A stretch of 30,702 bases of DNA from Herpetosiphonaceae bacterium. Its GTDB lineage: Bacteria > Chloroflexota > Chloroflexia > Chloroflexales > Herpetosiphonaceae. How positions within the stretch are numbered: the first letter of the stretch is position 1; each line of letters opens with the position of its first letter. The notes below the pieces were generated by a model. It made no database searches, was not told where the DNA came from, and was given only the letters and a program-made list of their open reading frames with translations. Below, one piece after another: positions 1-7,156 of this stretch. The translations under genes and the position numbers were made by a program. The DNA is taken from the NCBI GenBank assembly GCA_013813565.1, contig JACCRK010000382.1, positions 1-30,702 of the forward strand, read 5' to 3'.

Positions 1-142
1 GGTTTGATCCTGGCCCGTGCGGGGTCGCCGCAACAAATGTCACCCCCTCGGCCACCAGCACACGCGCCAGATCAAGCGCGGCGCTCCAGCCTGCAGGTCC
101 GTCATCAATTCCCGGCAGAATATGGCAGTGTAGATCATACAT
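1..142 (-). CDS. CpsB/YwqE-like PHP-family (Mn-dependent) protein-tyrosine phosphatase, N-terminal fragment; the gene runs off the left edge of the window
   Basis: The reverse complement of 1-142 reads ATG-TAT-GAT-CTA-CAC-TGC-CAT-ATT-CTG-CCG-GGA-ATT-GAT-GAC-GGA..., giving MYDLHCHILPGIDDGPAGWSAALDLARVLVAEGVTFVAATPHGPGSN. This matches the conserved N-terminus of CpsB/YwqE PHP phosphatases (D-x-H-x-H-ILPG-DDG ... TPH). It sits directly downstream of a BY-kinase, which is the canonical kinase/phosphatase pair. It is absent from the ORF track only because it is truncated by the window edge. Confidence 0.55.
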   Translation of the reverse strand, partial: MYDLHCHILPGIDDGPAGWSAALDLARVLVAEGVTFVAATPHGPGSN

Positions 143-244
143 AAGCAGCGGCCACCAAGCAGAGAACATGAAAATTACCTGTATCATACGCGAAAGTAGC
201 GTGAAATCAATCAGGCTCGGCAAAAATTAAGGCTAATTTAGGAC

Positions 245-910
245 CTACGAGTAGCTGCCGTAGCCATCTTTTTCCAGCTTCGCATTGGTCAGCACCACGC
301 CCAGCACACGGGCGTTGACTTTTTGCAGCAGCTGCACCGCCTCGCGGGCGCGATCGCGGCGGGTGCGGCCGGATTTAGCCACCAGCAATACTCCATCGAG
401 CTTAGTCGCCAGCACAGCGGCATCGGTCACCGCAATAATCGGCGGCGCGTCGAACAGCACAATGTCGGCCTCGGCCTTGAGCCGCTCAATCGCCGCATCC
501 ATCCGTCGCGAGCCCAACAGATCGGCGGGCTGGGGCGGCAGCGGGCCAGAGGTGAGCAGGCGCAGGCCCTCGACCTCGGTGGCCTGAAACGGGATCGGCG
601 CGGCCGCATCGAGCAGCAAGTTGGTGAACCCGGCATCGTTCGGCAGGCCAAAGATGCTGTGGAGCGCCGGACGCCGGAGATCGCAGTCGACCAGGATGAC
701 GCGCAGCTCAGCCTGGGCCATCGTCACCGCCAGGTTGGCCAGCGTGGTGCTTTTGCCCTCATCGGGGGCGCTGCTGGTGACCAGCAGGGTGTGCAGCGTG
801 CGCTCAAGGCTGGAAAACTGAATATTGGTGCGCAGCGTGCGATATGCTTCTGCTGCTGGCGCTCGTGGATCGCGGAGCGTAATTAAGTCTATAGCCACAA
901 ATAACCTCAT
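245..910 (-). CDS. BY-kinase catalytic protein (CpsD/CapB/YwqD-like tyrosine autokinase) with a C-terminal Tyr cluster
   Basis: Walker A VTSSAPDEGKSTTLANLA and Walker A' ILVDCDLRRP are present. The N-terminal region has AAEAYRTLRTNIQFSS, a CpsD-like motif, and the tail is Y-rich (KDGYGSYS). The ORF is open back to 1015, but that start would overlap the upstream gene by 59 nt. The internal ATG at 910 (MRLFVAID...) puts the Walker A about 45 aa from the N-terminus, as in CpsD/CapB, so I prefer it. Confidence 0.8.
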   Translation of the reverse strand: MRLFVAIDLITLRDPRAPAAEAYRTLRTNIQFSSLERTLHTLLVTSSAPDEGKSTTLANLAVTMAQAELRVILVDCDLRRPALHSIFGLPNDAGFTNLLLDAAAPIPFQATEVEGLRLLTSGPLPPQPADLLGSRRMDAAIERLKAEADIVLFDAPPIIAVTDAAVLATKLDGVLLVAKSGRTRRDRAREAVQLLQKVNARVLGVVLTNAKLEKDGYGSYS

Positions 911-956
911 TGATAAAGCAAACGTGAACGCTGGCCGAACGAACACTGGTGGCTTG

Positions 957-1613
957 TTAGCCCTCGGTGGTTGGGATACTCCCCAGCGTTGCCAGATTGG
1001 TCCAGCGCTCAACATCGCTGGTAGTCTTCAGCGTGTCATCGGCATACTCCAGCGCGAAGACCACCAGCAGACCGATAATCCCGCCCAGAATCCCGCCGGC
1101 CAGCACATTGATTTTGGTCTTCGGCGAGGCCAGCTCAAGAAACTTGGCCGGCTGCTGCAGCTGAATATTGATCGCGTCGGTGCTTAGCCGGAGTGCGTTC
1201 AGCGCCGCCACCTCGGCCTTGAGCGTCTCGCCAACCGCATCGGCCAGCTTGACGGCGGTGTCAGCATCGGGATAGTCGACATTAATCAGCAGGCGCAGGT
1301 TGTTGGGCTGAGGCTGGATCTTGATGTATTTGCGCAGGTAGTCCGGGGTGCGATCAAGCTGGAGCCGGTCGCTGATCTCCTGGAGCCGCGCATCGGTGAG
1401 CTGGTCGGGCCAGTTGTTCATCACGCTGGGGAGCTGGCCCTGGAGGCCCAGGTCGTAGCGGCTGGTGATGACGGTGTAGCTGGTGCTGGCGCGAAACAGC
1501 GGCGTCTGCAGCTTGCTCACGCCATAGGCGGCGGCGGCGGCGGCGAGCCCAATCAGGGCGATCACCCACCAGCGGCGGAGCAGAACATTGATATAGTCGC
1601 GTGCTTGTAACAT
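957..1613 (-). CDS. Wzz/CapA/YwqC-like transmembrane modulator of the BY-kinase (polysaccharide co-polymerase family)
   Basis: There is an N-terminal TM helix (WWVIALIGLAAAAAAYGV) and a C-terminal TM helix (VLAGGILGGIIGLLVVFAL), then a cytoplasmic tail (DDTLKTTSDVERWTNLATLGSIP) resembling the kinase-activating tail of CapA/YwqC. Its start overlaps the stop of the upstream gene (TAATG, 1-nt overlap at 1613). Confidence 0.7.
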   Translation of the reverse strand: MLQARDYINVLLRRWWVIALIGLAAAAAAYGVSKLQTPLFRASTSYTVITSRYDLGLQGQLPSVMNNWPDQLTDARLQEISDRLQLDRTPDYLRKYIKIQPQPNNLRLLINVDYPDADTAVKLADAVGETLKAEVAALNALRLSTDAINIQLQQPAKFLELASPKTKINVLAGGILGGIIGLLVVFALEYADDTLKTTSDVERWTNLATLGSIPTTEG

Positions 1614-2302
1614 TAAACTTCCTTTGGAATAGCCGCCAGCATTGGCACGCCCATCCCATCAAGATCGGTGTGTTCGCGAACAATCTGGTCAAGGTAGTGG
1701 CGGAGAAAAGTCAGGCCAATCCCGGCCACAAACGCCAGCATCAGCCGTAGGGCCAGGCGGGTGATCGGCTGTGGCCAGCGACTGAGCGCGCTGGCGGTCG
1801 TGGGCAGATCGAGCGCGCTGACCGCCAGCCCATCGGCGGGCGCGCGGTTCCAGAAGCGCAGCCCCTGCTCCTGAAGCACCGCCACACTGCCGGCGGCAAT
1901 GGCGGTGGCCTTCTCAGGCGAGTCGGCGTTGACGATCAGCGCGACAATCCGATGCTCGCGCTCGACATCAAAGGTGCCCTGAATGGTGCCGGCGTCCAGC
2001 GCCATGTCGCGATTCTGGCTGATCCACTGGCTGACTGCGGTGGCAAAGGCCTGGGAGCGGACGATCGCCGGCAGGTCATCGACAATAAACTGCGAGGTTT
2101 GCCACGAGTTGTAAATGTTCATGTCGGGGAGGATTTCGTTGCCGCCGATGGCATCGAGCGTCACCGCCATCTTCGCCGTCACCCGATAGCGGGCCGGGTC
2201 GGGGCGGAAGCTGAGCAGCGAAAACGCCAGCACCACCAGGGGCACGCCGATGACGAGCCACCAGGCCCGCTGAATAATCGCTAAGTAGCGTCGTAGTTCC
2301 AT
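1613..2302 (-). CDS. Second Wzz/chain-length-determinant-like membrane protein (paralogue of the modulator)
   Basis: N-terminal TM helix (WWLVIGVPLVVLAFSLL), periplasmic loop and C-terminal TM helix (LMLAFVAGIGLTFL). A GAGGG Shine-Dalgarno lies 3 nt before the ATG, and the stop overlaps the next start by 1 nt. Confidence 0.65.
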   Translation of the reverse strand: MELRRYLAIIQRAWWLVIGVPLVVLAFSLLSFRPDPARYRVTAKMAVTLDAIGGNEILPDMNIYNSWQTSQFIVDDLPAIVRSQAFATAVSQWISQNRDMALDAGTIQGTFDVEREHRIVALIVNADSPEKATAIAAGSVAVLQEQGLRFWNRAPADGLAVSALDLPTTASALSRWPQPITRLALRLMLAFVAGIGLTFLRHYLDQIVREHTDLDGMGVPMLAAIPKEV

Positions 2303-2339
2303 AATCCCTCATTCGGTGCGCCCAAACCGTTGGAGCTGA

Positions 2340-3428
2340 TCACTGTTCGTGGGCGACGATCTGCGCCACGATTGCCCGAAACTGCTGCTCAAAGACCGGT
2401 CGCGCAAACGTCTCGGCGTGCTGGCGAATAGCGGCGGCGGCGTAGCTATCGGCCTGGCTGGCGACGATCGCCTGGGCCAGCGCCTCGACGGTCTGGTGGG
2501 CAAAAAAGCGCCCTGTCCGGCCCTCGACCACGGTATCCAGCGCCCCGCCAGCCGCGTAGGCGATCACCGGACGGCCAGCGCCCATGGCCTCCAGCGGCTG
2601 AATGCCGGCATCTTCTTCGCCGGGCATCAGGTAGGCGCGGCAGCGCGCATATAAATTGTGCAGGGTGGCGGCATCAACTCGTCCGACAAAGCGGATAGTT
2701 GGCCCGGCGATCTGCTCAAGCGCGGCGCGGTCACGGCCATCGCCAAAGACCACCAGCGGCAGCCCAAGCTGGTTGCAGGCCCGAATCGCCAGATCGATGC
2801 GCTTGTACGGCACCAGCCGCCCGCCAGCCAGATAAAAGTCGGCTGGCTCCTGCGGTGCAAACGGCAGGAGTTCAACTGGTGGGGTAAGAATGGTTGCATC
2901 ACGGCGATAAAAGTGCTTGATTCGGGCCGATACTGTGCGTGAGTTGGCCACAAAATGGTCGACACGCTGCGCCGTTTGTACGTCCCACAGTCTAACATAC
3001 GTCAGAAACAGCGGCAAAAGCGCCCCAAACAATCCACCGATCTGCTCACGCTCGACATAATCTGCCGAGCGCCAGGCAAAGCGCATCGGTGTGTGGCAGT
3101 AGCAGATATGCTTGGCGCCCGGCCGGGTGATCACGCCCTTGGCATAGGCGCTGGATGAGCTGATCACTAGGTCGTAGTCGGTCAGGTCGAAGCTCTCGAA
3201 GGCGCTGGGATACAGCAAAAAATATTTGCGGAAGTGCTTGCGCCAGGCGGGCAGCCGCTGCATAAACGATGGCCGAATATCCCAGCGGCGATACATGGCT
3301 GGCAGCGCCGCTGGATCGTAGATCGAGGTATAAATTGGCGCGGTTGGGTACAAGTCGTGCAGCACTTCGAGCACCCGCTCGGCACCGCCATATTGATTCA
3401 GATAATCGTGAACGAGTGCGACGCGCAT
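2340..3428 (-). CDS. Glycosyltransferase family 4 (GT-B fold, RfaB-like)
   Basis: The 362-aa product starts MRVALVHDYLNQYGGAERV, the typical GT4 N-terminus. The C-terminal half has the E-x7-E region (LMPGEEDAGIQPLEAMGAGRPVIAY...GGALDTV). The ORF track extends this ORF to 4763, but that extension is antisense to the amidohydrolase gene and is an artefact. The start at 3428 (ATG) was mapped by counting residues. Confidence 0.8.
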   Translation of the reverse strand: MRVALVHDYLNQYGGAERVLEVLHDLYPTAPIYTSIYDPAALPAMYRRWDIRPSFMQRLPAWRKHFRKYFLLYPSAFESFDLTDYDLVISSSSAYAKGVITRPGAKHICYCHTPMRFAWRSADYVEREQIGGLFGALLPLFLTYVRLWDVQTAQRVDHFVANSRTVSARIKHFYRRDATILTPPVELLPFAPQEPADFYLAGGRLVPYKRIDLAIRACNQLGLPLVVFGDGRDRAALEQIAGPTIRFVGRVDAATLHNLYARCRAYLMPGEEDAGIQPLEAMGAGRPVIAYAAGGALDTVVEGRTGRFFAHQTVEALAQAIVASQADSYAAAAIRQHAETFARPVFEQQFRAIVAQIVAHEQ

Positions 3429-3525
3429 AGATCCTCGTGTGCTTAAATCAAGATAAAGACCAGCGTTGGCCTGAATGCGTGGGCGATTATACCGCAGTTT
3501 GGCGGCGCTAGGCGGTGGGCTGGGT

Positions 3526-3560
3526 AATTTGTCAAAGCCTGATATCGCGTGTAGCATGAT
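3526..3560 (+). promoter_or_regulatory. Putative sigma70-type promoter for the amidohydrolase gene (TTGTCA, 17-nt spacer, TAGCAT)
   Basis: -35 TTGTCA at 3526-3531, a 17-nt spacer, then -10 TAGCAT, in the divergent intergenic region between the GT gene and 3654. A GAAGGAG Shine-Dalgarno lies 7 nt before the ATG at 3654. Confidence 0.3.
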
Positions 3561-3653
3561 TGCAGCGCTGGTATCCACGCCAGCCCACAATCGATATGCA
3601 GTTTCCATCGTTACCCATGTAATCCAGATATTATCGCTACGTGAAGGAGCTAC

Positions 3654-4856
3654 TTGATGACGAGCCGAACCGATTTTCACATGGTCGCCCATTCCCTGGT
3701 TGAGCAATTGATCACGGATCGGCGCGACCTGCACCAGCATCCTGAGCTGGGATTTCAGGAGTTTCGCACCGCCAAGATTATCGCCGAGCGCCTGCGCGAG
3801 CTGGGCTACGACGTCACCGAGGGCGTGGCAGAGACCGGCGTGCTGGGCGTGATTCCGCCCAAACAGGGCGGCAAGCTGGCGATGCTGCGCTTCGATATGG
3901 ATGCGCTGCCGATTGAAGAGCAGAACCACGTCGAGTACCGCTCGCTGGCTGAGGGCAAAATGCATGCCTGTGGCCATGACGGCCACGTGGCGATTGGCCT
4001 GGGCGTGGCGGCGGCGCTGATGGAGAACCGGGCCGCGCTCGGCGATGGTGGGGTCAAGCTGCTGTTCCAGCCGGCCGAGGAGGGCGGCGGTGGCGCCGAG
4101 CGCATGGTGCAGGCCGGCGCGATGGAAAACCCGCGCCCCGATGTCTCGCTGGGCATGCATATCTGGGCCGATCTGCCGCTGGGCGTGGCGAACGTGCGCT
4201 CTGGGCCGATTATGGCCTCGGCCGACGAGTTCACCATCAGGGTGACCGGCAAGGGCGGCCACGGCGCCCAGCCCCACGTCACGGTTGATGCGGTGCTGGT
4301 CGCCGCCCAGATGATCGTGGCGCTGCACACCATCGTCAGCCGCAACATCAACCCCGAGCAGCCCGCCGTGCTGACGGTTGGCGCCGTCCACTCCGGCACC
4401 GCCCACAACATCATCGCCCACGATGCGGTGCTGAAGGGCACAATTCGCTCGTTTGATACCGACGTGCGCGAGACCGTCCGCCGCCGCCTGTACGAGGTCG
4501 TCACCGGGATCGCCAGCGCCTACGATGCCCACGCCGAGGTTGAGTACTCGGTCACCTGTCCGGCGACCGTCTGCGCGGACGACGCCACCGCGGTTGTGCG
4601 CGAGGCCGCCGAGACGATCCTGGGGCCGGCAAATGTGATCGACACCCAGCGCACGATGGGCTCGGAGGATATGGCGGTGCTGCTGAATGACGTGCCCGGC
4701 TGCTACTTCTTCCTCGGCGCCAAAAACGAGCAGCACCAGCTCGGCGTCTACGCCCACCACCACCCACGCTTCGACTTCGACGAGGCCGTGCTGCCGCTAG
4801 GCGTGGCGATTATGTGCGAGGCGACCACCCGCTACCTCAACGCGGCCAAGAACTAG
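3654..4856 (+). CDS. M20-family amidohydrolase (N-acyl-L-amino-acid amidohydrolase / hippurate-hydrolase type, M20D)
   Basis: Metal-binding motifs MHACGHDGHVAIGLG and QPAEEGGGGA, and the dimerisation-domain pattern, are present across 400 aa. The Shine-Dalgarno is strong. Confidence 0.85.
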   Translation: MMTSRTDFHMVAHSLVEQLITDRRDLHQHPELGFQEFRTAKIIAERLRELGYDVTEGVAETGVLGVIPPKQGGKLAMLRFDMDALPIEEQNHVEYRSLAEGKMHACGHDGHVAIGLGVAAALMENRAALGDGGVKLLFQPAEEGGGGAERMVQAGAMENPRPDVSLGMHIWADLPLGVANVRSGPIMASADEFTIRVTGKGGHGAQPHVTVDAVLVAAQMIVALHTIVSRNINPEQPAVLTVGAVHSGTAHNIIAHDAVLKGTIRSFDTDVRETVRRRLYEVVTGIASAYDAHAEVEYSVTCPATVCADDATAVVREAAETILGPANVIDTQRTMGSEDMAVLLNDVPGCYFFLGAKNEQHQLGVYAHHHPRFDFDEAVLPLGVAIMCEATTRYLNAAKN

Positions 4857-4875
4857 CCTGGCCAACCTAAACGCA

Positions 4876-4920
4876 CAAACGGGCCGCCATCAGCCGACTA
4901 TGCTGATGGCGGCCCGTTTG
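4876..4920. terminator. Bidirectional intrinsic terminator hairpin between the convergent amidohydrolase (+) and dnaA (-) genes
   Basis: A perfect 19-bp inverted repeat, CAAACGGGCCGCCATCAGC (4876-4894), a 7-nt loop (CGACTAT), then GCTGATGGCGGCCCGTTTG (4902-4920). T-rich tracts follow on both strands (TTTGTCTG on +, TTTGTGCGTTT on -). Confidence 0.55.
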
Positions 4921-5006
4921 TCTGCGCGTTAGTTTCAAAACTCTGGTGCAGGCCAATCCTAACCGGATAGATGCACTGGAATAGCCTAACCCCTAACCCC
5001 TTCGCC

Positions 5007-6500
5007 TTATCGCGCATTCTCACCATACAGGCGCTGGCGCAGCGTTGTGATATCGTTGCGCAGCCGGGTATCGGTGGTGATATCCGCAGTAATTTTGTTG
5101 ATCCCATGCATGACCGTGGTGTGATCGCGTCCGCCGAGAAACGCGCCGATCTCAACCAGCGACGCATCGGTCTCCTCACGCAGCAGATACATCGCGACCT
5201 GGCGTGGCAGCACCACGTTGCGGGAGCGGCCGCGGCCCTTGATCGCCCGCTGGTCGATGCTGAAGTGCTGCGAGATCTCGCGGAAAATATCTTCGTGGGT
5301 CACGCGCTTGCGCCGGCTGGTATCGAGCAAATCGGCCAGCGCCGCCGCTGCGACCTCAACCGTGACCGGCGTGCGGCTCAGATTGGCGTAGGCCACCACG
5401 CGGTTGAGGCAGCCCTCCAGCTCGCGAATATTGCTTTGAATTCGGTGGGCCAGAAAATCAATCACATCTGATGAGACCGGCACCTGCAGGGCCTCGCCCT
5501 TGGCGCGCAGAATCGCGGTGCGCGTCTCCAGATCGGGGTTTTGCACATCGACGATCAGGCCCCACTCGAAGCGCGAGCGCAGCCGCTCTTCAAGCGTCAG
5601 GATGGCCTTTGGTGGGCGATCGGAGCTGAGCACAATCTGTTTGCCGGCGCCATGGAGGGTATTGAACGTATGGAAAAATTCTTCCTGGGTGCCTTCTTTG
5701 CCAGCAATAAACTGAATATCATCAATCAGCAAAATATCAATATTACGATAGCGAATACGGAACTCTTCGGTCTGCTGGCGGCGAATCGCATTGATCAGAT
5801 CGTTGGTAAATTTTTCAGAGGAAACATATAAAATATTGATCTCGGGGTTGCGCTCAAGGGCATAGTTGCCGATCGCGTGGAGCAAGTGGGTTTTACCCAG
5901 TCCCACGCCGCCATAGAGAAACAAAGGGTTGTAGGCCTGCGCGGGGTGCTCGGCCACCGCCAGACAGGCGGCGTGGGCCAGGCGGTTGGAGCCACCGACA
6001 ATAAAAGATGAGAAGGTGTAGCGTGAGTTCAACACCGATGAGCGATTGCCCTGCTCACCAAGCTGCATCTGGCCATTGCTTGAGGTCGGCAGCGGCTGGC
6101 CGAGCGCTTCTTTGAACGATGTGCCCAGGCTTGGCAGCGCTGGCTCGGGGATGGCGGCGGCGACCACCTCAGGCGTGGCTACGACGGTCTCACTGAGTGT
6201 GCTTTGGCCATTGCCATTGCCATTGGTATGAATAATGACCCGCACATTTACTGGATAGCCTAGCACATCACCGAGCGAGCGCTTGATTGAGCTCATAAAG
6301 CGATCTTCGATCACTTGCTTGATGCTGGTGTTAGGGGTGCCTAGAACCACCAGATCGCCATTGAGTGCCACCAGCGAGGTCGGCTTCAGCCATAAGTCGT
6401 AATCGTAGCGTACCGTTTGGGCCTGGAGAGCGCTCAACGCGGTATGCCAAATTTGCTTTATATCCAATGAAGCCTCCTCGATGCTGGTGTTATGTTCCAC
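5007..6500 (-). CDS. dnaA: Chromosomal replication initiator protein DnaA
   Basis: AAA+ Walker [17 protein letters not shown], Walker [10 protein letters not shown], sensor/box VII SSDRPP and RSRF are present. The C-terminal DNA-binding domain has [13 protein letters not shown]...[11 protein letters not shown] (DnaA signature). The start is GTG at 6500. Confidence 0.95.
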   Translation of the reverse strand: MEHNTSIEEASLDIKQIWHTALSALQAQTVRYDYDLWLKPTSLVALNGDLVVLGTPNTSIKQVIEDRFMSSIKRSLGDVLGYPVNVRVIIHTNGNGNGQSTLSETVVATPEVVAAAIPEPALPSLGTSFKEALGQPLPTSSNGQMQLGEQGNRSSVLNSRYTFSSFIVGGSNRLAHAACLAVAEHPAQAYNPLFLYGGVGLGKTHLLHAIGNYALERNPEINILYVSSEKFTNDLINAIRRQQTEEFRIRYRNIDILLIDDIQFIAGKEGTQEEFFHTFNTLHGAGKQIVLSSDRPPKAILTLEERLRSRFEWGLIVDVQNPDLETRTAILRAKGEALQVPVSSDVIDFLAHRIQSNIRELEGCLNRVVAYANLSRTPVTVEVAAAALADLLDTSRRKRVTHEDIFREISQHFSIDQRAIKGRGRSRNVVLPRQVAMYLLREETDASLVEIGAFLGGRDHTTVMHGINKITADITTDTRLRNDITTLRQRLYGENAR

Positions 6501-6588
6501 TCGCCATTGAGTAGCCCACGGGTTTGAAAATCAGTCGGCAAAACCGCGCAACGTCGCAGGTTTTGGTGGTTACGGCTAAGCGTTGGCG

Positions 6589-6618
6589 TATGATAGCCGA
6601 TCCTCCTGATCATTTCAA
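6589..6618 (-). promoter_or_regulatory. Putative dnaA promoter (-35 TTGAAA, 18-nt spacer, -10 TATCAT on the minus strand)
   Basis: The reverse complement of 6613-6618 is TTGAAA and the reverse complement of 6589-6594 is TATCAT, with an 18-nt spacer. This would give a 5'UTR of about 80 nt to the GTG at 6500. The site lies between the DnaA-box cluster and the gene. Confidence 0.3.
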
Positions 6619-6689
6619 GGGTGACACCCTGGCGTTTATATAAGTATTGCTTATACTTGCGCTTGTTCAATACCGATAGTTTCTATTGA

Positions 6690-6850
6690 TCAGAGCGGAA
6701 TAATCCACAACTATGTCAATAGCATGGTGCGCTTAATGTGGATAACATTAAAATACTATCCACAAAACGCTTCATTTATCCCTTTGTAATGCGATTGTTC
6801 TCAGCGGAATAAAAAAGGCATTTTGTGGATAGCGGGTGGACGATTGTGGG
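6690..6850. other. oriC core: cluster of four DnaA boxes in an AT-rich region
   Basis: The four boxes are TAATCCACA (6701-6709, +), TGTGGATAA (6737-6745, reverse complement of TTATCCACA), CTATCCACA (6756-6764, +) and TGTGGATAG (6824-6832, reverse complement of CTATCCACA). All are within one mismatch of the TTATCCACA consensus. They are embedded in the most AT-rich stretch of the window (ATAACATTAAAATACTATCC, GGAATAAAAAAGGCATTTT), which could serve as the DNA unwinding element. Confidence 0.6.
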
Positions 6851-6857
6851 AAGCTAT

Positions 6858-7055
6858 TTATGCAGCGCGGCGGCTTGATGATCCCTGATTGATCGAAACG
6901 CTAATCGGCACAACATCTTTCGAGCCACACTGTGGGCATTTGACTTTGGTTGGGAGCGGTCCAGCCACGGCGGTTTCGTGTTTGCAGTGGTTGCATAGCA
7001 GGGTGGTTGTCATAAAATCAGCTACATCTTCATGGGTGGGAGCTGGAATATACAT
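6858..7055 (-). CDS. Small (about 65 aa) zinc-ribbon protein of unknown function
   Basis: Two CxxC pairs about 20 residues apart (CNHCKHE...KCPQCGS) form a classic zinc-ribbon. A GGAG Shine-Dalgarno lies 8 nt upstream of the internal ATG at 7055. The longer ORF back to 7094 has an AT-rich N-terminal extension without an SD. It is on the same strand as, and immediately downstream of, the NACHT gene. Confidence 0.4.
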   Translation of the reverse strand: MYIPAPTHEDVADFMTTTLLCNHCKHETAVAGPLPTKVKCPQCGSKDVVPISVSINQGSSSRRAA

Positions 7056-7156
7056 TGGGTCATCTCCATTGCTTAAATTGTTTGCTGATATCAACTATAG
7101 GCTTTACCGCCCGCGTTGACGAGATCGAGAGATGACAAATCGAGAACAACACCCTT

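Noticed and set aside
911-1015. Longer BY-kinase start at 1015
   Set aside because: This start would overlap the upstream modulator gene by 59 nt and add 35 residues that lack similarity to CpsD/CapB N-termini. The internal ATG at 910 gives canonical Walker A spacing.
3429-4763. N-terminal 445 aa of the 807-aa minus-strand ORF (2340-4763)
   Set aside because: This part is antisense to the well-supported M20 amidohydrolase gene and has no recognisable motifs. It is a typical high-GC open antisense frame. Only the C-terminal 362 aa (2340-3428), which begins with a canonical GT4 N-terminus, is a real gene.
6458-6670. 70-aa minus-strand ORF overlapping the dnaA start and promoter region
   Set aside because: It overlaps the 5' end of dnaA in another frame, it is Lys/Arg-rich, and the region is better explained as the dnaA promoter and leader.
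6889-7119. 76-aa plus-strand ORF overlapping the zinc-ribbon ORF
   Set aside because: The minus-strand frame has paired CxxC motifs at zinc-ribbon spacing and an upstream GGAG Shine-Dalgarno, and the plus frame does not. I kept it as the less likely alternative and did not annotate it.
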